64,000 nt of DNA from Dehalococcoidia bacterium. GTDB lineage: Bacteria; Chloroflexota; Dehalococcoidia; Lucifugimonadales; UBA3495. The stretch is taken from NCBI GenBank assembly GCA_963664725.1, contig OY761558.1:1498224-1562223 (forward strand). The letters run 5' to 3'. Below, in pieces: positions 8,456-17,612 of the stretch. Position 1 is the stretch's first letter. Each line of letters opens with the position of its first letter. A program made the position numbers and the translations under genes. The notes under the pieces were generated by a model. It did no database searches and was not told where the DNA came from. It worked only from the letters and a program-made list of their open reading frames with translations.

Positions 8456-9220
8456 CTACTCCCCGATTTCTCCGGAATTAAACGCCGGCTTTTGCAGCAG
8501 CAGTAAGAACTCCCGGTTTCCCTTGTCACCCAGTATGGGCGACGGACACATGCCCCGGATGCGCAGTCCCTGGTCAGTCGCCCAGATTACCATTCGCCCC
8601 AGCACGGCGGCGTGCACCTTGGGGTCCCTGACGATGCCGCCCCGTCCCACCTGCTCCCTGGGCGCCTCGAACTGGGGCTTTACCAGGGCAGCAATGTGGC
8701 CTGCCCCCCGCAGGTGTTCCAGGGCCGGCGGAATCACCAGGTTCAGGGAGATAAAGGAAACGTCGATTACCACCAGGTCTACCGGTTCCGGCAAAGCATA
8801 GGGGTGACGGGCGTTAGTCTTTTCCATGGATGTGACCCTGTCGTCCCGGGTCAGCCTGTAGTGCAGTTGGCCATGGCCCACATCCACCGCGTAGACGTGG
8901 CGTGCGCCCCGCTGCAACAGGCAGTCCGTGAAACCGCCGGTGGAAGCCCCCACGTCCAGGGCCTTCTTGCCGTCCACCGCCAGGCCAAAGGCTTCCAGGG
9001 CGCCGGCCAGTTTCAGCCCGCCCCGGCTGACGTAAGGCAGCCGGCCACGCACTTCCAGGGGTACATCGGCCGCCAGGGTAGAACTGGCCTTGGCCACCCT
9101 TCCTGAAGGCGCGAAGACCAGGCCCTCCATTATCAGGACCTGGGCCTGTTCCCGGCTTTCGGCCAATCCCCGCTCGGCCAGCAGCACATCGGCCCGTTTC
9201 TTGCGTACTTTCGTCGTCAT
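8456..9220 (-). CDS. tlyA: TlyA family rRNA methyltransferase
   Basis: S4 domain, YVSRGGLKL, DVGASTGGFTD, KPQFE, GNREFL. Confidence 0.95.
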   Translation of the reverse strand: MTTKVRKKRADVLLAERGLAESREQAQVLIMEGLVFAPSGRVAKASSTLAADVPLEVRGRLPYVSRGGLKLAGALEAFGLAVDGKKALDVGASTGGFTDCLLQRGARHVYAVDVGHGQLHYRLTRDDRVTSMEKTNARHPYALPEPVDLVVIDVSFISLNLVIPPALEHLRGAGHIAALVKPQFEAPREQVGRGGIVRDPKVHAAVLGRMVIWATDQGLRIRGMCPSPILGDKGNREFLLLLQKPAFNSGEIGE

Positions 9221-9300
9221 CTTGCTTTATCTATTCACTGACAGGCACCAACCTTTACCGATGCCATTTGGGGTCATTCGTGTCCGTTCGTGGAATAGTT

Positions 9301-10101
9301 TCACTCCCCCGTGAAGTTGGGAGCACGCTTTTCCAGGAAGGCGCGGTAGCCTTCCTGGTAGTCCCGAGTGTCGAACTGGGCCAGGGGAATGTTGGCTTCC
9401 TCGGGTGTCAGGTTGTCCAGGGCCGGCTTGGCCAACACCTGGTTTAACGTCTTCTTGTTGGCAGCGTGGGACAGGGGCGCCAGGGCGGCGATGTCCCGGG
9501 CAAGCTGGTAAGTAATGTCTTCCAGGTCCTCCGGATTGGTCACCTGGTTAACCAGGCCCATGCGAAGCGCCTCTTCAGCGTCTACCAGGCGGCCGGACAG
9601 CAGGATGAACAGGGCGTTGCCTTTGCCCACCAGGTTAACCAGTCCCCGCATCTCCCGGTGGCCGATGCTAATGCCCAGGCGGGCCGCCGGAATGCCCAGC
9701 CGGCTGCCTTCGGCGGCAATGCGCAGGTCGGTGGCCACCGCCAGTTCGCAGCCACCGCCGGCGGCGAAACCCCTGATCATGGAAATGGTCGGGGTGGTCA
9801 TGGCAGCCAAGGTGTCCAGCAGGCGGTCTACCGCATCGTTGTATACCTTGCCCTTGGCAGAATCGGCTCGGTATTCGTCGAAATCGGCGATGTCGGCGCC
9901 GGCGGAAAAGGCAGTGTCGCCGGCCCCGGTGATTACAACTACTCGAACGTCCCGGTCCCGGTCCAGTTCGTCCAATCGATCTGCCAGTTCGCCCCACATC
10001 TGGTAGTTGATGGCATTCCGCTGGCGGGGCCGGTTGATAGTAAGGGTTACGATGGACAGTTGACGTTCTATCAGAATGTAATCCTGAGCGGTGGTGGCCA
10101 T
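9301..10101 (-). CDS. enoyl-CoA hydratase/isomerase family protein
   Basis: AFSAGADI, GGGCEL, FLEKRAPNFTG. Confidence 0.93.
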   Translation of the reverse strand: MATTAQDYILIERQLSIVTLTINRPRQRNAINYQMWGELADRLDELDRDRDVRVVVITGAGDTAFSAGADIADFDEYRADSAKGKVYNDAVDRLLDTLAAMTTPTISMIRGFAAGGGCELAVATDLRIAAEGSRLGIPAARLGISIGHREMRGLVNLVGKGNALFILLSGRLVDAEEALRMGLVNQVTNPEDLEDITYQLARDIAALAPLSHAANKKTLNQVLAKPALDNLTPEEANIPLAQFDTRDYQEGYRAFLEKRAPNFTGE

Positions 10102-10283
10102 GAGTTCCTCCGGCAGAGGCGGACGCCCTATATCGGTTTTCAAAGGTAGCCTACAGGGAGGCCGGAAAAAGTGTCAACCGAAAAAATTCACTATATGACG
10201 GATTATGTTTACCAATTTTCCGACTCAAAAATAACCTTTTAACTTGATGACTGTATATTTACCAGATTAATGACGAATTCCTT

Positions 10284-10298
10284 ATGAAATTTTCATAT
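10284..10298. promoter_or_regulatory. palindromic operator candidate TATGAAA-T-TTTCATA
   Basis: Perfect inverted repeat in an AT-rich divergent intergenic region. Confidence 0.45.
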
Positions 10299-10476
10299 GC
10301 TATACCTTGTATTATAAATTATGGGTTGTACTATGCCGGGCCTAGCCTATAAGATAGGGGCCAACCCCAACCACAGACGAAATCTCCTCTTGCCGGCAGG
10401 CGTAACCCGTTGCCACGCGGGGTCGGGAGTCGCCGTAATACTGGAATTCAGCCAGACACTGACGGAGCGGTAAATC

Positions 10477-11448
10477 ATGAAAGCAGCCAGAATAGTGGCG
10501 CCGAAGCAGTTTGACTTCGTGGACCTGGATATGCCCCAGGCCGGCGATGGCGAGTGCCTGATCAAGCTGGAACGGGTTTCCGTTTGCGGCAGCGATATCC
10601 GACACGGTTACGGGCCCATTGAGCCCGAAGAACACTACCCAATGATGCCCGGGCGACCCTGCCACGAGCTGGCCGGCGTAATCACCGAAAGCCGCACCGA
10701 CGAATACCACGAGGGGCAGCGCGTGATCGTTATACCAGACCGGGGCACCGGCGGACTGATGGAGTACATAGTCTCCCGTCCGGGCCGCATGATCCTGCTC
10801 CCCGATGAGGGCCCGCTGGACGAGTGGGTGATGTGTCAGCCGCCCGGCACCGTACTTTACTCCTGCAAGCGCATGGACACCCTGCTGCAGAAGAACGTCC
10901 TGGTCCTGGGCCAGGGCAGCATCGGCCTCAGCTTCACCATGCTCACCTCCCGAATGGGCGCCCGCAACGTAATCGCCGTGGATCCCCTGGACTACCGGCT
11001 GGAAAAGTCGGCCCACATGGGCGCGACCCACACCGTCAATCCGGACAATGACAATTTGACGGAGGCCATCCAGGAAATTACCCGGGGCGCTGGCCCTGAC
11101 ATCGTTGTCGAAGCGGCCGGCTATCCGGACACCTTCAACGAGGCTTTCCGGCAGGTGCGCCAGTTTGGCACCGTGATTCTGTTCGGGATACAGAGCGACG
11201 ACTTTGTGCCCCTGGAACACAACCTGTTGATGGAAAAGCAGCCCACCATCTTCCCCACCACCGGCGCCCGCAGCGCCGACCCCATCAGCCAGATCCAGGA
11301 CCTGGTGAGCCTGCGGGAGCGGGGCTGGTGCGAACCCGCTGACCTCATTACCCACCGCCTCCCCTTCTCCGAAGTCCAGCAGGCCTACGACATGTACGAG
11401 CAAAGGCAGGACAACGTGATCAAGGTGGTAATGGACATTAACCAGTAA
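10477..11448 (+). CDS. zinc-binding dehydrogenase (MDR superfamily)
   Basis: VCGSD..HE, LGQGSIG, ITHRLPF. Confidence 0.92.
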   Translation: MKAARIVAPKQFDFVDLDMPQAGDGECLIKLERVSVCGSDIRHGYGPIEPEEHYPMMPGRPCHELAGVITESRTDEYHEGQRVIVIPDRGTGGLMEYIVSRPGRMILLPDEGPLDEWVMCQPPGTVLYSCKRMDTLLQKNVLVLGQGSIGLSFTMLTSRMGARNVIAVDPLDYRLEKSAHMGATHTVNPDNDNLTEAIQEITRGAGPDIVVEAAGYPDTFNEAFRQVRQFGTVILFGIQSDDFVPLEHNLLMEKQPTIFPTTGARSADPISQIQDLVSLRERGWCEPADLITHRLPFSEVQQAYDMYEQRQDNVIKVVMDINQ

Positions 11449-11580
11449 GTCAAGGGAACAATACAGGTTCCCCCGGCGCCGAGAAGGCCGGGGGAATTCT
11501 GTTGTCAGGAGAGACCACATCTGACGGCCGGCCACGACTGAGGAGGTGGAGAAGTGGGGCCAGCAGCCATCAACATACAA

Positions 11581-12453
11581 ATGGTACGCGAAAATCTGGC
11601 GCTGGCCATTGCCTTCTGGGCAGCGGCGCAGAGAGGAGTTATCACCTCAGCCAGCGTACCGGCCAAGTCTGCGTTCAAGTCCATTACCAACGACTTCCTT
11701 GAGGTGGATTCGTCCCTGGAACTGGCCGACAACCGGGATCTGGTGCGGTGCGTAAGCAATTTAATCCGCAGCTCATTCGCTTTCTCCGCCATTCAGACCT
11801 ACCGGTCCCTGGAAACTACCTACCGCGGGTCTCCCCTTCAGGAACCCGATCATAATCTACGGGGAGCCCGTTGCAGCTTCTACGTGCTGAACAAGTCGGT
11901 GGCCCAAAACCTCCTTTCTCCAATTTGGGTGTGCCCACCCGACTATCGTTCCACTTTCGAGGTTCGAGACGTTCCCTTCAGCCTTAACGCCGCCAAACTT
12001 GACGGCAAGGAGGTGTTCTGGGACGACTTCGGCGGTTTGCAAAGTTACCTCTCCCTCCTGGAATACTGCTGCCTTCGTGTTGCTGAAGATACCTCCGAAT
12101 CGGCAAAGGATACCGGGAGCCTGGAGACGGAACCCCAAGCCAGGGAAGCCCCGTCGCGTAACGGCAGGGTTTCCTCCGTCGCCGACGTGATCACCTACAT
12201 ACTTGACCGCTGCCAGGTAGGAGACGAACAAAAGGTTATCGCCAAGGGCATATACCAGGACTACGCCAGTTGGTGCCACCTCCGTGGCGAAGAGCCCCTG
12301 GCCCAGCGCAGCTTTGGCATGCAGTTGACAGCCCAGGGATTTCAGCGCCAGCGGCGCGGCAAGGGTCGCCACTGGTGGATGGGACTGGGACTCCGGCCCC
12401 AGGAACCGCCCTATTCAGGCAACGGCAGCAGTCCCTCACCGCACAGCAGGTAG
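11581..12453 (+). CDS. hypothetical protein with C-terminal primase/D5-like winged-helix DNA-binding domain
   Basis: IYQDYASWC..GEEPLAQRSFGMQL..GF..R..G..WWMGLGL; exact start uncertain (11554 or 11581). Confidence 0.7.
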   Translation: MVRENLALAIAFWAAAQRGVITSASVPAKSAFKSITNDFLEVDSSLELADNRDLVRCVSNLIRSSFAFSAIQTYRSLETTYRGSPLQEPDHNLRGARCSFYVLNKSVAQNLLSPIWVCPPDYRSTFEVRDVPFSLNAAKLDGKEVFWDDFGGLQSYLSLLEYCCLRVAEDTSESAKDTGSLETEPQAREAPSRNGRVSSVADVITYILDRCQVGDEQKVIAKGIYQDYASWCHLRGEEPLAQRSFGMQLTAQGFQRQRRGKGRHWWMGLGLRPQEPPYSGNGSSPSPHSR

Positions 12454-12910
12454 GACCAGGCACGCCAGGGTGGTACCGAATGAACCCCTGGACGACGATG
12501 CCTGTATATCCTTCGCTACTCCCGCAAGGTCGGCCGCCACTTCTCGGCACTCCTCTCTACCTTTCCCATTGGCGGCCGCAATCTTTTCAGAGCCCGAGCA
12601 TTTATGGGCCAGCTAACGGGGTCTCCCCTTTGTCCTACCGGGGCACCATCTAATCTTCAGACCTTTCGAGCCGGGTTTCATGAGCCCCTTTCGACGGGCA
12701 GGTCCGGTTGCTACCCTCTTGAAGTGCTTTCAGATATTCTGCGACTGTAAACAGCCGAGTTTCCAGGCTGTACGGTAGAGCCAATGTACTCTCAATTCCC
12801 GGGACGGCTCGCAGCCATCGGGAGCGGTCTGCCATGTATGACTGAGGCCGGGACTGCCGGTGTGACTATTGCCCATGTGGTACAATACGCCCAATCTGGC
12901 GAGCAAGAAT

Positions 12911-12929
12911 ATATAAAGTTTCTTTATAT
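12911..12929. promoter_or_regulatory. operator palindrome upstream of metF
   Basis: ATATAAAG-TTT-CTTTATAT, downstream of extended -10 TGGTACAAT (12878-12886). Confidence 0.6.
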
Positions 12930-12999
12930 CAAGTGAGTGACCAAAAAGTGCGGCGCCTATCGATACAGTCAGCGCCGGAACCCACGAGGACCTGCCATC

Positions 13000-13881
13000 G
13001 TGAAGATAAAAGAGATACTCCAGCAGAAGCGCACCGTATCCTGTGAGTTCTTCCCGCCCCGGGAAGAGGACGGGATTCCGGCGGTGTTCCGGGCTATTGA
13101 CCGGATTCAGGTATATAAACCCGATTTCATTTCAGTTACCTATGGCGCCGGAGGGTCTACCAGAGACTTCACCGAGCGCATTACCATGCAGGCCAAGCAG
13201 GAGACGGACCTGGAAGTGATGGCCCACCTGACCTGCGTGGCCCAGACCAGGGAAGAAGTGAACGGCGTCCTGGAAAGGCTGGACGAGGCCGGGGTCGAGA
13301 ATGTCATTGCGCTGCGGGGCGACCCGCCCAGGGGGCAGGAGAACTTTGTTCCTGCGGACGGCGGGTTCAGTCATGCCACCGAGTTGATTGACCACATTCG
13401 GGCCAACTTCGACTTCGGGCTGGCCGCAGCCTGCTACCCGGAGGGCCACACTGAGTCTCCCGACCTGGACTTCGACATTGCATATGCCAAGGAGAAGATA
13501 GACCGGGGCGCCGACTTTCTCATCACCCAGCTTTTCTACGACAACCGCTACTTCTTCGATTTTATGGAGCGGGCTCGCCAGGCCGGCATTGACGTGCCCA
13601 TCATCCCTGGCGTTCTGCCCATTCTGAACACGGCCCAGATACGGCGCTTTACTTCCCTGTGCGGCGCGACCATTCCGCCGGAACTGGACAGCAAGCTGGA
13701 ACAGTATGCCGAGGACGACAACGCGGTGCGGGAACTGGGCGTGGAGTACGCATCCCGCCAGGTGGATGAGTTGTGGGAGAACGGGGTTCCCGGCATCCAC
13801 TTCTACGTCCTGAACCGCAGTTATTCCGTGTCCCGGATACTGGCCAACCTGAACCTCCCCGGCCACGTCGTACCCGACTAA
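13000..13881 (+). CDS. metF: 5,10-methylenetetrahydrofolate reductase
   Basis: SCEFFPP, SVTYGAGGS, AHLTC, LRGD, ITQLFY, GIHFY. Confidence 0.96.
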   Translation: MKIKEILQQKRTVSCEFFPPREEDGIPAVFRAIDRIQVYKPDFISVTYGAGGSTRDFTERITMQAKQETDLEVMAHLTCVAQTREEVNGVLERLDEAGVENVIALRGDPPRGQENFVPADGGFSHATELIDHIRANFDFGLAAACYPEGHTESPDLDFDIAYAKEKIDRGADFLITQLFYDNRYFFDFMERARQAGIDVPIIPGVLPILNTAQIRRFTSLCGATIPPELDSKLEQYAEDDNAVRELGVEYASRQVDELWENGVPGIHFYVLNRSYSVSRILANLNLPGHVVPD

Positions 13882-13895
13882 GCCCTTGAATCCAC

Positions 13896-13968
13896 TTGGA
13901 TGGACAGGATATACAGGATGCCTTGATTAGCCGTCAGCACTATCCTGCAAGTCCTGACTATCCATGTT
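13896..13968. repeat. CAGGAT 10-bp-period inverted repeat pair
   Basis: tggatggacaggatatacaggat..atcctgcaagtcctgactatccat; also 22923-22949, 28606-28633, 33935-34031, 41844-41917. Confidence 0.75.
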
Positions 13969-13986
13969 TGAATTGGCCCGGCAGGT

Positions 13987-14367
13987 ATGAGCAACCTGAC
14001 CACCGGCGTTGACATCATCGAGATACCCCGCATCGCCCGGGTGCTGGAGCAGTACGGGCAGCGCTTCCTGCAGCGCATCTTTACCCCTGGGGAGATCGCT
14101 TACTGCCGGGAGAGGCCCCCCAACCTGGCGGCCCGCTTTGCCGCCAAGGAAGCTACCATGAAGGCCCTGGGCACCGGCGTCCGGGGCGTGGCCTGGAAGG
14201 ACATCGAGGTGGTCAGAGCGCCCAGCGGCGCGCCGTCCATCCTATTGCACGGGCGGGCCAAGGCCCGGGCCCAGCGACTGGGCGTCCAGGACATCTCCCT
14301 CAGCCTCTCCCACTCCCGCGAGTATGCAGTAGCCTTCGTGGTGACCCAGTGCCAGCCGCCAACCTGA
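13987..14367 (+). CDS. acpS: holo-ACP synthase
   Basis: GVDIIE, ARFAAKEA, SLSLSH. Confidence 0.96.
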   Translation: MSNLTTGVDIIEIPRIARVLEQYGQRFLQRIFTPGEIAYCRERPPNLAARFAAKEATMKALGTGVRGVAWKDIEVVRAPSGAPSILLHGRAKARAQRLGVQDISLSLSHSREYAVAFVVTQCQPPT

Positions 14368-15950
14368 AGGTGGTCACCGCCGCCCAGATGACCGCCCTGG
14401 AACAGGAGTCGGAGCGGCAGGGCACCAGCACCGATACCCTGATGGAGAACGCCGGCCTGGCCGTGGCCCAGTGGGCCCGTCAACGGCTTGGCGGGGCGGC
14501 CGGCGCCAGGGTGGTCATCCTGGTGGGGCCGGGCAACAACGGCGCCGACGGCCTGGTGGCGGGCCGCCACCTGCGCCGCTGGGGGGCCGAGGTAACCGCC
14601 TGCCTGCTGACCCGTCGTCCCGAGGTCGATCCCAAGCTGGACCTGGCCGGTGAGTACGGGGTGGCCGTGCTGGACCTGGCCGACGGTACGGAGATGGGGC
14701 AGCTTGATGCCCTGCTCGCCCGCAGCCGACTGGTGATCGACTCCGTCCTGGGGACGGGCCGATCGCGCCCTCTACAAGGCGTGGTTCGGGAGGCCCTGCT
14801 GCGGGCAGCCCAGGCGCGGAGGCGAGGCGGGCGACCGGGGCTGCTGGCCCTGGATCTGCCCACCGGCCTGGACTCCGACACCGGCGCGGTGGACGAGGCT
14901 ACTCCCACTATGGATGCCACCCTGGCCCTGGGCTTCCCCAAGGCGGGACTGCTGGCTTTCCCCGGCGCGGAACGGGTGGGTGAACTGGCGACCCTGGGCA
15001 TTGGCCTGCCCGATGGCGTGGGCCAGGACGACGTTCCACTGGAGTTGATGACGCCCGACTGGGTAGCCTCGCAGTTGCCGCCGCGGCCACTGGATTCCCA
15101 CAAGGGCACCTACGGTCACCTGCTGGTGGTGGCAGGGTCGCGCAACTACGTAGGGGCGGCCTGCCTGGTTGCCCGGGCAGCCCACCGGGCCGGGGCCGGA
15201 CTGGTGAGCCTGGCCACGCCGAAGAGCGTCTATCCCATCGTTGCCGCACAGCTTACGGAGACCATCCACCTGCCCCTGCCCGAGGATGCGGAGGGTCGCA
15301 TTCATACCGATGCCGCCCACGTTTTGGCGGAGTTGATGCCCCGCTACGACGCGATGGCCGTGGGCAGCGGCATGGGGCAGTCGGACGGCGTGGCCGACTT
15401 CATCGAGAGCCTGCTGCTGGCGGGCCGTGCCCCCAACCTGCCGGTGCTGGTGGATGCCGACGGACTCAACAGCCTGGCCCGCCTGGGCAGTTGGTGGATG
15501 CAACACTCCGGGTCCCTGGTGCTGACGCCCCACCCGGGGGAAATGGCGACACTGACCGGGCGGCCCACGGCGGAGGTGCAACGGGACCGGGTTGGTACGG
15601 CACGGGAGTGGGCAGGCCGGTGGCAGGCAGTGGTGGCGCTGAAGGGCGCCTTCACCGCCATTGCCGAGCCGGCAGCACCCGCCACGGTCGGAACGGAACG
15701 CGATGGCCTGGTGCGCCTGTCTCCCTTCGTAAACCCCGGGCTGGCCTCGGGGGGCACCGGCGACGTGCTGACGGGAATAGTCGGGAGCCTGCTGGCGCAG
15801 GGAATGGACCCATTCGACGCGGCCAGTTGCGGCGTTTACCTGCACGGGCAGGCGGCGGAATTAGTGACCGCAACCCGGGGCTATACGGGCCTGCTGGCCT
15901 CGGAGGTGGCGGACGCCGTGCCCGGGGCCATTGGTGGCCTGCCAGGTTAG
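14349..15950 (+). CDS. nnr: bifunctional NAD(P)H-hydrate epimerase/dehydratase
   Basis: LMENAG, GPGNNGADG, DLPTG, SHKGTYG, TPHPGE, GGTGDVL. Confidence 0.95.
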   Translation: MPAANLKVVTAAQMTALEQESERQGTSTDTLMENAGLAVAQWARQRLGGAAGARVVILVGPGNNGADGLVAGRHLRRWGAEVTACLLTRRPEVDPKLDLAGEYGVAVLDLADGTEMGQLDALLARSRLVIDSVLGTGRSRPLQGVVREALLRAAQARRRGGRPGLLALDLPTGLDSDTGAVDEATPTMDATLALGFPKAGLLAFPGAERVGELATLGIGLPDGVGQDDVPLELMTPDWVASQLPPRPLDSHKGTYGHLLVVAGSRNYVGAACLVARAAHRAGAGLVSLATPKSVYPIVAAQLTETIHLPLPEDAEGRIHTDAAHVLAELMPRYDAMAVGSGMGQSDGVADFIESLLLAGRAPNLPVLVDADGLNSLARLGSWWMQHSGSLVLTPHPGEMATLTGRPTAEVQRDRVGTAREWAGRWQAVVALKGAFTAIAEPAAPATVGTERDGLVRLSPFVNPGLASGGTGDVLTGIVGSLLAQGMDPFDAASCGVYLHGQAAELVTATRGYTGLLASEVADAVPGAIGGLPG

Positions 15951-16109
15951 TTGGTTTCCAGAACTGCCGGGTGAGATACGTCCGCGACCAGCCGTGGATG
16001 TGAGCAGTTTTTTTATTTTCGTCCCATTTTGGCCCATTTTCTCCTCACCCCGGCCCTTCTGCCGGATAGGCGGGAAGGTTGGGTATCAGATTACGTTGTC
16101 CTCCCGGCG

Positions 16110-16312
16110 GCAGGGAAGACACATTGGTCTGCCCCTACGGTTAAACGCCTGGTCAAGGCGGCCACAAGGGCCGCCCCTACGAAGGGCCTGTCGGGGCCAG
16201 GGCAGACACACAGGTCTGCCCCTACGGTTGCCCCCCGGCAAGGCGGCCACAAGGGCCGCCCCTACGAAGGGCCTGTCGAGGCCAGGGCAGACACACAGAT
16301 CTGCCCCTACGG
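16110..16312 (-). repeat. BIME-like array of alternating GTAG-REP palindromes (A-B-A-B-A)
   Basis: A = GTAGGGGCAGACC..GTCTGCCC, B = GTAGGGGCGGCCCTTGTGGCCGCC; further REPs near 16908, 19607, 38216, 49391, 57489. Confidence 0.85.
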
Positions 16313-16336
16313 TGGGGGTTATGCCATCGTTCGGTT

Positions 16337-16732
16337 TTATGACATGGCGAACCAGCGGGCCCAGAGCAGGGACAGGTCGGGTTTGGGTTTTGGCGGGGGC
16401 AGTTCCCGCATGAGCAGGCGGTCGTATTTGCTTTCCCACGCCCAGGGGAGCAGGGCCAGCAGCATGCGCCGGGGTTCGGGGATGTCGCCCGCTTCCCTGA
16501 CCTTGTCCAGGTAGTTGTGCAGGTGCATCCAGGTGGTGAGGCGGAATCCTTTGTCGGCGATCTTGCGGATTACCTCCAGGGGTTTGGGCGGCTCCTGCCG
16601 GTCGCCTACGGCGCGGGCATAGTCGTTGTAGACCTGTTCGGTGACGCGGCGCATGCGGTAGATGGTAAGTTGGCGGTGGTATTTGCGCTGGAGGGCGCGG
16701 ATTTCTTTTCTGATTTCGCTGAGGGTTCGCAT
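16337..16732 (-). CDS. hypothetical protein (131 aa) flanked by REP and 10-bp repeats
   Basis: AAGGAG RBS before MRTLSEIRK; GC-rich third codon positions. Confidence 0.75.
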   Translation of the reverse strand: MRTLSEIRKEIRALQRKYHRQLTIYRMRRVTEQVYNDYARAVGDRQEPPKPLEVIRKIADKGFRLTTWMHLHNYLDKVREAGDIPEPRRMLLALLPWAWESKYDRLLMRELPPPKPKPDLSLLWARWFAMS

Positions 16733-17090
16733 GGTTGGTTTTCTCCTTTTGTTTATCCACGAAGGGACACGAAGGGGCACGAAGGTGGGATTTTTTGAAA
16801 AGTGTGCCGTTTTGTGCCATTTTGTGCCATTTTTGCCTTTGCCCCGGGGGCCTATCCCTGAGGGCGAAGCGGGGGTTGTGTTTCCGGCAGCGTTGACCTC
16901 CTGGGGCAAGGCGGCCACAAGGGCCGCCCCTACGTTTGATCGCCGGGGCCCGGGCAGGCACAAAGTTCGCCATTACGAAGGGCCGGGCGGGTCACGCCAG
17001 TGTTTCCTGTTTCATGGTTCGTATTTCTATGGTGGAGATGGGTTATGCGGGGTGGCAAGGGGGTGGAGGGGTTTACGAAGATGTGCCAAC

Positions 17091-17540
17091 CTACCGGCTT
17101 TCTGATGCGGCGGCTCGAAAACCGAAGAGGAAGGCAGATGCGATCAATGCAAGCGCGGCCGGGAGGTACATGATTCCGAAGGAAAGGTAGCCGAGGAAGC
17201 AAAACACCAGGAGAGCAAGGGTCAGGCCGGCAATTATCAGGACACGGCCAGCGCTTCTTCCCTTCCACGTCAGCAGGGCGATCAGGGCCAGGCCCGTCAG
17301 GATCACGGGAATAAACAGGGGAAGCAGTACCCATATTCCGTTTACTTCCACGAGGGATGCGGAGTGCCGGACCGTCTCGATCTCGGCTGTTCCGATGACA
17401 TTGCCAAGTTCATCAACTTGAACCGGCGTCGCCGATACGCCCTGGTAAGCATGGGGCCAAAACGCCATCCACAGGAACGCCGCCCAAGCCAGGGCATGAG
17501 CTACTGCCGCCGATATAACCGCAGCGCGACCGATTTCCAC
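17091..17540 (-). CDS. hypothetical membrane protein (about 4 TM)
   Basis: Hydrophobic segments; RBS GGAAGG. Confidence 0.75.
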   Translation of the reverse strand: MEIGRAAVISAAVAHALAWAAFLWMAFWPHAYQGVSATPVQVDELGNVIGTAEIETVRHSASLVEVNGIWVLLPLFIPVILTGLALIALLTWKGRSAGRVLIIAGLTLALLVFCFLGYLSFGIMYLPAALALIASAFLFGFRAAASESR

Positions 17541-17612
17541 GGTACACCTTCCCCTACGCTCGAATCACGTTATACTCATTACAGTCTATCCCACCCAAGG
17601 AGAAAGAATCCC

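Noticed and set aside
7813-8529. 599-aa N-terminally extended enolase-family ORF
   Set aside because: The extension overlaps the rhomboid gene in another frame; the family start MKITDVE follows an RBS at 7812.
10165-10335. Replication origin
   Set aside because: AT-rich but no DnaA-box cluster seen and no dnaA/dnaN neighbours.
12455-12505. T-box (GGGTGGTACC)
   Set aside because: No stem I or specifier loop, no antiterminator stem, and no adjacent amino-acid gene start.
16110-16312. CRISPR array
   Set aside because: Alternating palindromic GTAG-REP units with short, partly repeated linkers; no unique spacers and no cas genes.
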